In this document: piece after piece, positions 1 through 10,340 of the stretch
Layout: each line of letters opens with the position of its first letter
Position numbering within the stretch: position 1 is the first letter of the stretch
From: Phoronis australis
Lineage: Eukaryota > Animalia > Phoronida
DNA: 64,000 nucleotides
Assembly (NCBI GenBank): GCA_002633005.1
Contig: NMRA01000084.1
Span: forward strand, 775,267-839,266
Direction of reading: 5' to 3'
Program-made: the position numbers and the translations under genes
Notes under the pieces: generated by a model
Databases searched by the model: none
What the model was told of the DNA's origin: nothing
What the model saw: only the letters and a program-made list of their open reading frames with translations

Positions 1-2043
1 CCTGTTGACAGAACTCAAGATGTTGTTTAATTTTGATTCCATTTCTGTGTTTTGATATTCAGATTAGATAGACTATGTACTATCGAAGTGTTTTGTTTGT
101 AATTGTTTTCAATTGAAACAACATGTGGTTTCTTTGAAAGTGACTGGAGACTTCAGGCAGTTTAGGGACACAATTACTGGTAAATGATTTAACCAGAGTA
201 GTAATTTAAGACCATATCTCAAGCAGCATGCACCCTTTTCAAGCTTTGCAGCTGCCAGCAGACAATATTTTGACAATTTTTGATTGATTAGCATTTCCAA
301 CAAGGTTAGATACTTTGAAAAATTGAAAATATGCATTCTGACGGTTACATGTATTTGAAGTTGTCGACATTTTACCTTACTTTCCGTCTTCATGGTGGAA
401 AAAGTTGATGAGTAGTGAAGAATCTGTGAGCCGTGTTCATATGTACCAGAGTTGGTTCAAGCGAGCTGCGATGCTTAGTGCATGTTAGTCCCGGTGCAAG
501 TTTGTGAGTCAGGTAGTTGAGTTTATATGCTCATAAGTATGTGAAGAACTATGTATGTTTGTATGTGCTTGAGCCGTGTAGTCCGCGTCCACAGTCTGGA
601 ACTGTGCACCGTATGTCCACAAATTCTCTGTTCACCATTTTATTTTGGCATAAAAAGCAGAAATCGTGTCATTTTCCATTTCCTCTTGCTCATTTGCTAA
701 ACGGATTGGATATGAGGTGAACAGTTTTATTCTGTACCCTTATTGGCTTCCTCTGGAAACATGACTTGCATAATGTCAGTCTAGTTCTGTTGATTAAGTG
801 TTTTTGTTTGGTCACTGTGACTTGATTTTGAGAGTAACGATCTTAAGTATGACAGACTTCTGTTGATGCAAATGTGACCGCTGGCAGATCATTCCACCAG
901 TTTTCACTTCACCAAGCTGCATTTGGGTCATATGCTGGACTGGTGGTGTGTTGACTGTCAGGGATTTGTTGGACTCTGAAGGGGATTAGCAAGTGAGCTG
1001 TGTGGAAGGAAAATCAACAAGTGCCAGCAGAGACTGCAGCGTGTCGCCTAATGACTGGATCCAAATGTTTGTACCAATGACCATCTGTGTAGTTCACAGT
1101 CACTGTTAGACTGTACTTCTTTTCACTATCAGTCTGGAACTAAGTTACATCCTCCACGTTCACCATCGGAGTAGTAACCGGGCTGTGACACTGCCTGTCG
1201 CAGAAGCCATCATTGTTTTGGCTGGTACTCCCAACATCACTCCCCTACATTATGTTGGTGCCATAACTGAAGTGTGCTTCTAGGGTATTGATCTTTGTTG
1301 CTGTGTTTCTGTTATCACCACCCTTACAGTACCGCTGCTTTGGCAGAAACACGCTATCATTGGTCTACAGTGCAGTGTTAACAACACCGCAACCATAGTT
1401 CTACATCACTTCATACTTGAAGTAGTTGATTCAATGGTAAACACGAATGTCGCACTATTAGCCTAGTCGTATATCTGGTGTATGGTTATGAATATTTATC
1501 AATCTCAGGTGATAATATTTAAGAGTCACTTGCTGAGAGCGTCATCAGTTGTTTATCTTGACATCTAAGCACACTGATGCTTGAAACCTGACTGTTGATA
1601 AAGTCTGTATTTTGTATGTACTGTTTTTTCATTTTGTAATTCCACTTCAGTTCTTGGACTTATGATGGTTTTAGGGATGAGCATCAGCTCAGTAGTCACA
1701 AATATGGCCTTAAAGTTTTTGGGACTCTTAGTTCTGTGTATTTTTTTCTCGTTCACACATAACTCTTTCACTCTGTATCGAGATTGTATCAATTCCACCG
1801 TTTCTGTTCAGGGATGTGCACTGAAATCTTTTATTGCACTGCCTTCTGTGGGTTTTGTTGGCCTTTGGCTATGGAGCGAGAGTTGTATGCTGTGTAGTCT
1901 CCATCCCTTGACCCAATTGTCAAACTGTGTTCACCCCAGTTTGCCTTCTGCTGATGAATCCCCCAGCTGAACAGGTCATGAGGCTTTTGTTCCCAAAAGA
2001 CGGAAACCGACTGGAGACTAACAGGCTTTCACCTATTTTCCAG

Positions 2044-2453
2044 AGCCTGGAGGTTCAGAGGGGAACCGTTGTGTCAGTGGTCAGACCAAGCGGTCTTACA
2101 ACCAGTGTTCAATTTGCAACAAAGAGTTCGCCAGCGAGAAAGAACTAGTTTGGCACATGCAGTCGTGTGCCATTAGTGCCAGCTCAGAGACAGAGATGCG
2201 CTTCGTGTGCCCTGTTTGTCGCAAAGGATTCAAGTCAAAGGTCATCCTGAAGCAGCACCAAATGACGCACATTGACTTGCGCTTCAGTCCGTATAAGTGC
2301 GCAAAATGCGACCGGCCGTTCAACCGAAAGTCCAACTGCCTACGCCACGAGCTGCTATGCAAGAAACATACGCACGGTGGCTCCCTCATGCTCGATGAGA
2401 GCAATCCCGACACCAATCTTCTGGATTATCTGGGTGGAATGGATAATTACTAG
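2044..2453 (+). CDS. Zinc-finger terminal exon ZF-E1 (3 fingers: C2HC, C2H2, C2HC)
   Basis: Branch-like GACTAAC ~2016, acceptor ...ctattttccAG|2044, phase 1. Reads PGGSEGNRCVSGQTKRSYNQCSICNKEFASEKELVWHMQSC...FVCPVCRKGFKSKVILKQHQMTH-IDLRFSP-YKCAKCDRPFNRKSNCLRHELLC...; stop TAG 2451-2453. First in-frame ATG (2157) is at the end of finger 1. Confidence 0.88.
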
Positions 2454-2673
2454 TTTCCATTTGGTTCCCTTTCCTGTACCTCCTGTGCAGGTGGAAGCAG
2501 TTTTGTTGTGGTTACTGTTTCTTTTTTTTAAACCCCAAGTCAGAACTTTATGTCTTTCCCTAAATGACCGAGGTTCAGTGATATTTCATGAGGAAGCCCA
2601 ATATAGTCAGCCACCTTTCGCTTAACCACACTTGCACGCCGGTTTATCTGACAAGCTGTTATCCTCTTTGCAG

Positions 2674-3002
2674 ACTTCCTGTCGCACACTGTCCCCGTGG
2701 AAATGCCTGCCCCTGGCACCACCAAGTGTACCCAGTGCAAAGCCGCATTTGCCACACACGAGGAGCTGCTGTGGCACGTGCAGTCTCATGTAGTGACCAG
2801 CAGGGCGGCGCTGATGCACGTTTGCAACATATGCGGCAAATCATTCCCCGCCAAAGGGAACCTGAGACAGCACCAAGTTAGCCACATGGACAAGCGGTTC
2901 AGCCCGTTCCGTTGTGAGCGTTGCGGCAAGCGCTTTGTCCGAAAGCATCACTTGAAAGGACACTTGGAATCTGGAAAATGTGGGATGGATGATCACAACT
3001 AA
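2674..3002 (+). CDS. Zinc-finger terminal exon ZF-E2
   Basis: Acceptor ...atcctctttgcAG|2674, phase 1. KCTQCKAAFATHEELLWHVQSH...HVCNICGKSFPAKGNLRQHQVSH-MDKRFSP-FRCERCGKRFVRKHHLKGHLESGKC; stop TAA 3000-3002. Confidence 0.88.
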
Positions 3003-3644
3003 GAGGTCATCCTTGGTGGATCTGTATCAGAGAAATGTCTTGTGCTTCAGTCCTAAGCAACAGATGTAGAGCACCCTCTATTGGTGAAGTCGTGTACATC
3101 AGATTGTTTAGAGTTTACACCATGAACTATTTGAGTGCTTTAGTTGACGTTGGTTGTTATGGAATTAGCAAATGGCAGCAAATACACTCTGTTGCGAAAT
3201 AGTCTCCTTAACAGTATTTCATGTGGAATAGTTTCTGAAAGGAAAGTCAGTGAAGATATGCGGTGCTTGTTAATTTTTTTGGACTAATCTTGCTGGAAAG
3301 TGTATTGTAAAGTCGTGGTTCTGAAATGTTAAGCGAGGTTTTCTCAAACTATGTTAAACCGGCAGCTGCACCTTGTGTTATGTCTAAACTAATTTCAGCC
3401 AATAAATGGTAGGTTGTGTGCAAGTGTTGGCAATAAACATAACTTTAGATAAACGTGCACTTCTGTTAATAGAAATAACAGAAGTGACTGTCTGCAGTAT
3501 GGAATACTGGCCCCAACAATTTCAATGATAATGTGGCGCTAGCACACTGTGGAGGGGTCTGTGGCCTCTTGAGGTTGTGGTTGAAATGTGACATTCCTTT
3601 CCTCCATGGGGGTCTCTCTAATTGGTGGTTTTGTTATTTTCCAG

Positions 3645-3985
3645 TTGCTCTGTCTCTGGATGTCCCAGACCCCTCGGTTGGCCTAGTTCATGGTACTGAC
3701 AACTACAAGACATGCCCCCAGTGTAGTAAAACATTTGCGAAGGAGAGCGAACTGCTCTGGCATACGCAGACGTGCGCCATGGCGACCGACACAGAACTGA
3801 TGTTTGTTTGCCCCACTTGCCGGAAGGGATTTAAGTCAAAAGCAATACTCAGACAGCATCGGCTGACACACATTGACTTGCAGAACAGCCCATACAAGTG
3901 CCACTACTGTTTCAAACCATTCCCGCGCAAGTTTTGCGTCAAGCGACACGAACCAGGCTGCCCAGCTCGACCGCGACTGACGTAG
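3645..3985 (+). CDS. Zinc-finger terminal exon ZF-E3
   Basis: Acceptor ...ttgttattttccAG|3645, phase 1. TCPQCSKTFAKESELLWHTQTC...FVCPTCRKGFKSKAILRQHRLTH-IDLQNSP-YKCHYCFKPFPRKFCVKRHEPGC; stop TAG 3983-3985. Confidence 0.88.
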
Positions 3986-4344
3986 ACCAAGATGGTCGAT
4001 TTACTTAGTGACTTCCAATGGTGTCTTTTCCGAAGTGGGCGTTGCCTTAGAAACTGTCTTACCTAAAGGGTTATGTCCAGTACGAATTTACTTAAGTCAT
4101 GTCTGTGTGTCACAGTCGAGGTCTGTTCAAGAGTGGTCGTTTTCTCCCATCTAGAGAAGTCGAATTCTACTTGCAGGTTGCCTGTTTCATCTGACCTTGG
4201 TTAAGATGGGGACACTTGTAATCATCTGTATATTCTCTTCTGAATGCGCTCGGATTGTCGTTGTTCTCTCTGCACTCTGTAGTGGCGCTCTTCAGACGTC
4301 GCCAACCGGAACTGGGAAGTAATGAGGGTCTTCCTGTTTTGCAG

Positions 4345-4691
4345 ACCAGGCGGCGCTGCTGACCACTGCTCTTGTGGGGGATTCGTCTACCGGCAAAGAC
4401 TACTGCACTTGTCAGAACTGCGGGAAGAGACTGCCGTCCGAGAGACAGCTGTTGTGGCATATGCAGATGTGTACTGGGTCGATGGAGGCCGACACCATGT
4501 TTGCGTGCCGTGTCTGCCGCAAAGTGTTCAAAACTCAGCAGACGCTAAAGCAGCACCAACTCACGCACATGGACCCTCGATTCAGTCCCTATAGATGCGG
4601 CCACTGCGACAAACCGTTCAAGCGTAAGGCTCACCTCCAGAGCCACGAGTCCCGGTGTCCACGAAAAGAGAGCTTTGGCGGCATTCAGTGA
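4345..4691 (+). CDS. Zinc-finger terminal exon ZF-E4
   Basis: Acceptor ...cttcctgttttgcAG|4345, phase 1. TCQNCGKRLPSERQLLWHMQMC...FACRVCRKVFKTQQTLKQHQLTH-MDPRFSP-YRCGHCDKPFKRKAHLQSHESRC; stop TGA 4689-4691. Confidence 0.88.
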
Positions 4692-6383
4692 GGCGGGCGT
4701 GAAATTTGGAGCCCAGGATTATTGTCTTGCGTATTCTGGAGTCTTCTGGTGTTGTTAAGCGTTTTATGAGCTGCAAACTTTTGATAAGCCCCCCCGCCAT
4801 CACTACCCCAGTGTCTGTTTTTATTCCTTGTTGCTGTGCTAAAGACCAATTGTTTTAACGTTATCCGAGCAAATTTAGTCAAGCATTTTTCATTTTACTT
4901 TGATTAAGCAAGCGCATGTTTAGTAGCTGCAGTTTTATGATTGCAATGTTTTGTTGCTCTTAGTGCAGAAAAACCTATTAAGATATATACGCAATATAAG
5001 TATTTTCAAGATAAACTGAAAACACCCGTTTTACTCAACTCTCTCTCTCTCTGATGTGGAGTTGGTATGCAACGCATAAACATTTTCACTGTATCCTTCA
5101 CAAACATGTTCAATACGAACACTTGATTTCTTTTCATGTGTATGACTAAGGCCTTAATTTTGACAAACATGCTGTTTGAAATGGATAATGGAAATTTGAC
5201 GAGAATGCGTTTGCAGGTTGAGACTTAATTTATAGGCAGAGAGGTTATATCAGGTTATGCAATGTAGCTGGTGTGGAGTGAACGTTGGTGAGGGTGTAGG
5301 CTAGCTTTTGATAAGACGAGCAATAACGTGTGGGCGGAGGGTTGATTCTTGCGCGAACTACAGCAAAAATTTGTAAGACATGAGAAGTCGTCCGTTTGGG
5401 AAATGTGCGTCTGCGAGAGAGGAAAAGCGCGTGCGAGAGAATAATTCTGTGCATGACCAGGGAAGTCTAGGTGTCATGAGTTAACATCACGACAAAAGGA
5501 CGCCATATAGCAAACATCTGCGAGTTACCTTAATGTATAAACGTGGTGCATCATTGCTAATCAGTGTCTTTATTGTACATACTTCAAGGCCATCGACAAA
5601 TAGAACAGCAAATATTCGGAAATGCATTAAAGTGCTTAAAATCTTCACTACAGCAAACAAAAAACAAAAAAACAACCCCACCCAGCTGTCAAATTAGAAT
5701 ATCTGCAAATACTATATGAAGATACGTCAATTAGCTGATCTCGAGGTACGAGCATTTATGGGTGAAAACGTAGGCGTACTTCGTTGGATCAGGGACAATC
5801 AATCTCATTACTAGTCATTGTCCATTGTGTTGAGGGGGAAAGCCGTACACTGATGCTGTTCGATTTCCCGTTGTTTATGCTACGCTAAGGAATGCCGTGG
5901 CGTTACGTTTGTGGTGGGTGTGCCAACTTAGTATTTGACCAGGCTGCAGCTGTTTTCACTTTCCAGCGGGACATCGAAGAAGTGCGGATATGGCACGAGT
6001 AGTAAAAAAACTTGCTTGTTGGTACATGGCACACTGGCGCTGGTTACGCCCATATGTCACACTCACGTTCGTGGAGCTGAGAAGCTTTTAACTGAAGTTG
6101 CTCTTCTCGTTTTCTTGTTTTGGGATATTGAATTAAGGGTTATGATATGCAGTGCTATGTTTTATAATGCTAATAGTATAGTCAGTTGTCAAGACAGGGT
6201 AAACGGTGATCTGAAACACTTTGAAGTCTCAAGGAAAAAGTGAACGTAACCATCAGATAAGCAAAACGAGAAATAGTAATTTGTCAACTATTAGAGGAAC
6301 CTACAGTTTTCTCTCTATGAGCAGAAGCATATTAACTAATTTATACATTTTCATCACAGCTGGTTTATTAACTTTTTAATTTG

Positions 6384-6566
6384 CTAGCGTTTGGATAACT
6401 TCTGAATTCTGGTGCGATAAATACATTCTTTAGACTCCAATACAGTGTTCAAAACATATAAAATGAAACGCGTACAAAATGGGGAAAACCGAAACTGTCG
6501 GTCAGTATGAATGGGTCGCCCAGACTCAACAGTTAATCTATGATGCGATAATCTGAGTCGTGTCAT
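6384..6566 (-). mobile_element. Degenerate LINE (CR1/L2-group) ORF2 C-terminal relic
   Basis: Minus-strand translation TRLRLSHHRLTVESGR...RQFRFSPFC resembles the 'TKLRISSHxLxIETGR...RxCxxC' C-terminal motif of CR1/L2-group RT proteins; no RT core visible. Confidence 0.55.
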
Positions 6567-7165
6567 TTTATGAATATGTACAAATGGTAAATCCAGTATA
6601 ATTTATCAGATGATGCTTAGTTGAGCAAACTTGGAAATACTATCGTATTGTATCACATCTTGTGACATGTACATTTTACTGTAAAACGGATCTATTTAGA
6701 TTGTCGTGCATACTCCTACTATGACACGGGTCTATGGTTTCATGTTCGGGCTTTTTTAAACACCATCTCGTCATGATAAGCAGGTGGCCTGTCTTGGGAA
6801 TGTCACCGGTTGAAATACGTGTGGCAGCAGTGTCTCAGGCGGATTTGTTCGTATCGCAATGTTTTTGCGCTCTTGTCACAGATTTTTTCGACAAAGTTTG
6901 CGGTTTGAAAGGCTATAGAAAGTGGTTCACTCGTGTGTCTGGACTAAAATCGGCGGGGAAAAACGAAAGGCAGTTTGTGACGTATTGAAAAAAATATAAG
7001 ATTGAGACGGATTTGTTCATGATATTTATTGACAGGAAGAGCTTTCACGCCATTTTTCGTATCCCTTCCATAGTATTTTTTGTTTTGGTTTCTTGCTATC
7101 TGTTTTAGTTTTGCCTGCAACCCGTACTGTCCCGACAACTGAACGATGTCTTCATGTCTTTCCAG

Positions 7166-7554
7166 ACTTCCGGGCAGCGCTTCCTGGCGTGAAAGACAAG
7201 AACCGTTGCCCTACCTGCAACAAATGCTTTAGTTCTCAAGATGAATTAGTCTGGCATTCAAACACCTGTGTCGTCGCCATGGACACGGCCACAACATTCA
7301 TTTGTAACATCTGCCGAAAGGGTTTGAAGAGTGTTAAGTCTCTTCGGCGTCATCGACTGATACATGTCGATGTTCAGTTTAGCCCGTTCAAATGCCGTGC
7401 GTGTCAGAAGCCGTTCAGGCGATGTGATCACTTGCAGCGTCATGAAAAATCATGCCTGTTAAAATCTGCGAAAGACAATGCACAAACATGTACTTTATCA
7501 TCTAGCCAAGAATCTTTTTCGACGTTATCTTCAGATCAATCAACATTATATTAA
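7166..7554 (+). CDS. Zinc-finger terminal exon ZF-E5
   Basis: Acceptor ...ttcatgtctttccAG|7166, phase 1. RCPTCNKCFSSQDELVWHSNTC...FICNICRKGLKSVKSLRRHRLIH-VDVQFSP-FKCRACQKPFRRCDHLQRHEKSC, then a Ser-rich tail; stop TAA 7552-7554. Confidence 0.88.
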
Positions 7555-8328
7555 GCAGGAACCAACCTGATACAGTTGTTCTTTATTAATGCTGAAGCCT
7601 CGCCTAACGCTTGCCCGAAAGCGTGAGCATCGTGCGTGTAACACCTGTCTGTTACTTCAGCTAAGTCGCTTTACTGGTACCATGACACTGAATACTAAAT
7701 GGCATTGGCGATCTAATGATGATTTCTTTCACTTGCTGGTTCATTCTTTTGTATGCTTTGCCTTTCCTGTACTTCTTGCTCGGTGTCTTTCTGCTCTGGA
7801 ATTGTGTGAAGTGGTTGTTTTTGAAACCTTAGGTGTGCATCTCAAGTGTCTCCGTGTTGTTTCTTAATTGCGCGAGTCCGAGCCTCAGTTATGTGGCCAG
7901 TCGTGCCATTTTCAAAGTGCAAAAATTCGAGACTTGCTTGGCACAAACTCTGATATCTCTTGCCAAATCCTCTGCACAGCAGCTCAAGGAGAAATTCAGG
8001 TTGCATCACCCACATCTTGTACATAAACACGAAGTAAGCTCCTTTCTCACCCTGCTGTAGAAATCGTTTTCCATTTTGAGTCACACGATTGTCGTATGAT
8101 TGAGGGTCGAAGACGTGAAGTTAAAACAACTCTCTCGACAAAAATTAGACGGAACGGAAATGCCAGCCATGTTCAGCATGGGGTTGACTGTTGTAAATGT
8201 TTCCGGCTTTGTATCGTTGCATTTCTTGCATCACAATCGTCGTGGTCGTTAAGGTTTCTGTAAATATTCTGGATTCGAAAATATTTTTGCAAGGCTGGGT
8301 ATTCATTGGAAGTTTTCCTTTTTTCTAG

Positions 8329-8648
8329 ACTCCGGGTTGGCGCCACCAGTGTCAGCAGCAGGAACCAGTAAGACGTGCTCCAACTGCGGCTTGTCATTTG
8401 CCTTCGAACGCGAGCTTGTCTGGCATTTACAAATGTGTTCCGTAACCATGGGATCAGGCCGCACTTTTATCTGCCGTCTTTGTCATAAGGCTTTTAAATC
8501 CCACCGAAATCTTAAGCAACATCGGTTGACACACATTGATGTGCGCCTTAGCCCCTACCAGTGTAACTTTTGCGAAAAACGATTCAAACGTAAATTTCAC
8601 GCGAACAGACACGAAACAACTTGCCCAAGCAGGCCATCTGTTAAGTAA
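8329..8648 (+). CDS. Zinc-finger terminal exon ZF-E6
   Basis: Acceptor ...ttttccttttttctAG|8329, phase 1. TCSNCGLSFAFERELVWHLQMC...FICRLCHKAFKSHRNLKQHRLTH-IDVRLSP-YQCNFCEKRFKRKFHANRHETTC; stop TAA 8646-8648. Confidence 0.88.
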
Positions 8649-9032
8649 ACGCGGCTTTTAGACATTCCATACAACATTGCTAACAGATGAAACAGGGAAC
8701 AGCTTTTCAGTATTAATCTCACTTTTTGTTTGATAAGTTGTTCGGCGCAAGGTGTTGAAATTCGGCGAAAAGCCAAGGTTTTATCGAAGACTCTTCTTGC
8801 TGCTGAATGAGTATGTGGGTGTGAACGTGGTTCGACTGAGCAGGCATGTGGGGAGTTTAAGAGATGGTCTTCTGTCGCGTTAGCATTTTAATGATACAGC
8901 AGTTTGTAGTGAGGTGGCAGCTGGTGACATGTCTTCCTGACAGGCGATTCGCCTTGGTCTTCTGCGAGGGTCTTTTTCAAATTTGTCGCTGTTTAATTAC
9001 GTTTCGCACTCACGGTCTCCTTTTGTTTGTAG

Positions 9033-9343
9033 ACCACCAGCTGACGGCCCCCCACGGTTCTAACACTTGTCTTCGATGCGGTAAAAAGTTCAGCTCCTCT
9101 CAAGATCTGACGTGGCACATGAAAACGCACGAGATCACGAGCCAGACGGCGCTGATGTATGTTTGTGATATATGTCGCAAGTCGTTCAAAACAAAAGCCT
9201 CTCTCCGGCAGCACCAGCTGGGTCACATGGACAGGAACTTCAGTCCCCACCAATGTCGTATATGTGGCAAGAGATTTGTCCGAAAACACGTGTTTCAGAA
9301 GCACGAGGCCAAGTGCGTGCTGAAGAGAAATGCTGTCGTGTAA
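9033..9343 (+). CDS. Zinc-finger terminal exon ZF-E7
   Basis: Acceptor ...ctccttttgtttgtAG|9033, phase 1. TCLRCGKKFSSSQDLTWHMKTH...YVCDICRKSFKTKASLRQHQLGH-MDRNFSP-HQCRICGKRFVRKHVFQKHEAKC; stop TAA 9341-9343. Confidence 0.88.
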
Positions 9344-9981
9344 CGCTATGGACTGGACTTTCTGCTAAACAATGCCCATAGACTATCGTTCTTTCCGAAT
9401 TGTTTTTTGAGCTTAGGACGCCAATGATGAGCTTCCTTCAACTGCCTACAGGTGTACCTGGCTAATAGATACTATTGTGTGTGGTTTTCTGAAAATACTA
9501 ATTGATCGACCATCTCTTTTTCACGTTGTCTTTCTCTGTGAATGGATTCTGAAGCAGGCGTATTTCATACGAAGCTTGCTGTGGCTTCAGTTAGTCATTG
9601 GTTTTCTTCTTGCGTCGACAAGGTTACTAATAGTGAGCTGCAAGTCGTGGATGATTATAGGGTGTTATTTTCTTCTGAGGATGCGTATTTTCGACGTTTG
9701 GTTTTTCATTATTGAGGAATACCAGTGGTCTTTTAGTTGATATCCAGTTGCTCCGCATTCCAGTTACCAATCCTACTCTCTGCGTGACCCATATCACTTT
9801 GTTGCGCGTGGCTGTAGGAATGTTGCCTGGGATTCTCAATGTTGAGTGCTCAAAGGAAATTGTTATCGTACTGCTCTTCAGGGGAACGTGTGCCTAACTT
9901 GTCTGTGACTTAGAAACTATCGTTCTATTTCAGCTAATTGTTGGGATCGCAATTGAGCGTGTTAACATTTTGTTTTTTTAG

Positions 9982-10340
9982 AAGTCGGACCATTGGATCC
10001 CCAGTCCATTGTTACGTCGCCTGACGGCTTACTTCTATGTCCCGAGTGTGGCAGATCCTGCACTGATATGCAAGACCTCAACTGGCACATGCAATCGCAC
10101 GTGATGAAAATTGAAGCGGAAATGACGTTTGTCTGCCACGTGTGTAAAAAGGCGTTCAAGTCGCGTGCAAGTTTGCGTCAGCACCAAGTGTGCCACATGG
10201 ACAAAACGTTCAGTCCATTCCAATGTAAATGTTGCGCGAAGAAGTTTGTCCGTAAACAGGATCACCAGCGTCACGAGGACAGATGCACGAATCGAGCTTT
10301 CTCCGAATACCAGGCCAGCCGTGGAGTGCTACCGCAATAA
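9982..10340 (+). CDS. Zinc-finger terminal exon ZF-E8
   Basis: Acceptor ...cattttgtttttttAG|9982, phase 1. LCPECGRSCTDMQDLNWHMQSH...FVCHVCKKAFKSRASLRQHQVCH-MDKTFSP-FQCKCCAKKFVRKQDHQRHEDRC; stop TAA 10338-10340. Confidence 0.88.

Noticed and set aside
596-672. Possible decayed finger 1 (CTVC in one frame, LFWHKKQKSC in another)
   Set aside because: Needs a frameshift, the nearby AG is in the wrong phase, and no fingers 2-3 follow; compatible with chance.
3533-3644. N-terminal extensions of ORF-track entries 3533, 7093, 8864 and 18275
   Set aside because: Hydrophobic F/L/V-rich translations of polypyrimidine tracts upstream of the acceptors; not conserved between paralogues.
2096-10274. Antisense and alternate-frame ORFs overlapping the zinc-finger exons (e.g. 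2096-2416, 3703-3897, 8993-9304, 10035-10274)
   Set aside because: Shadows of GC-richer coding exons with no independent domain signal.
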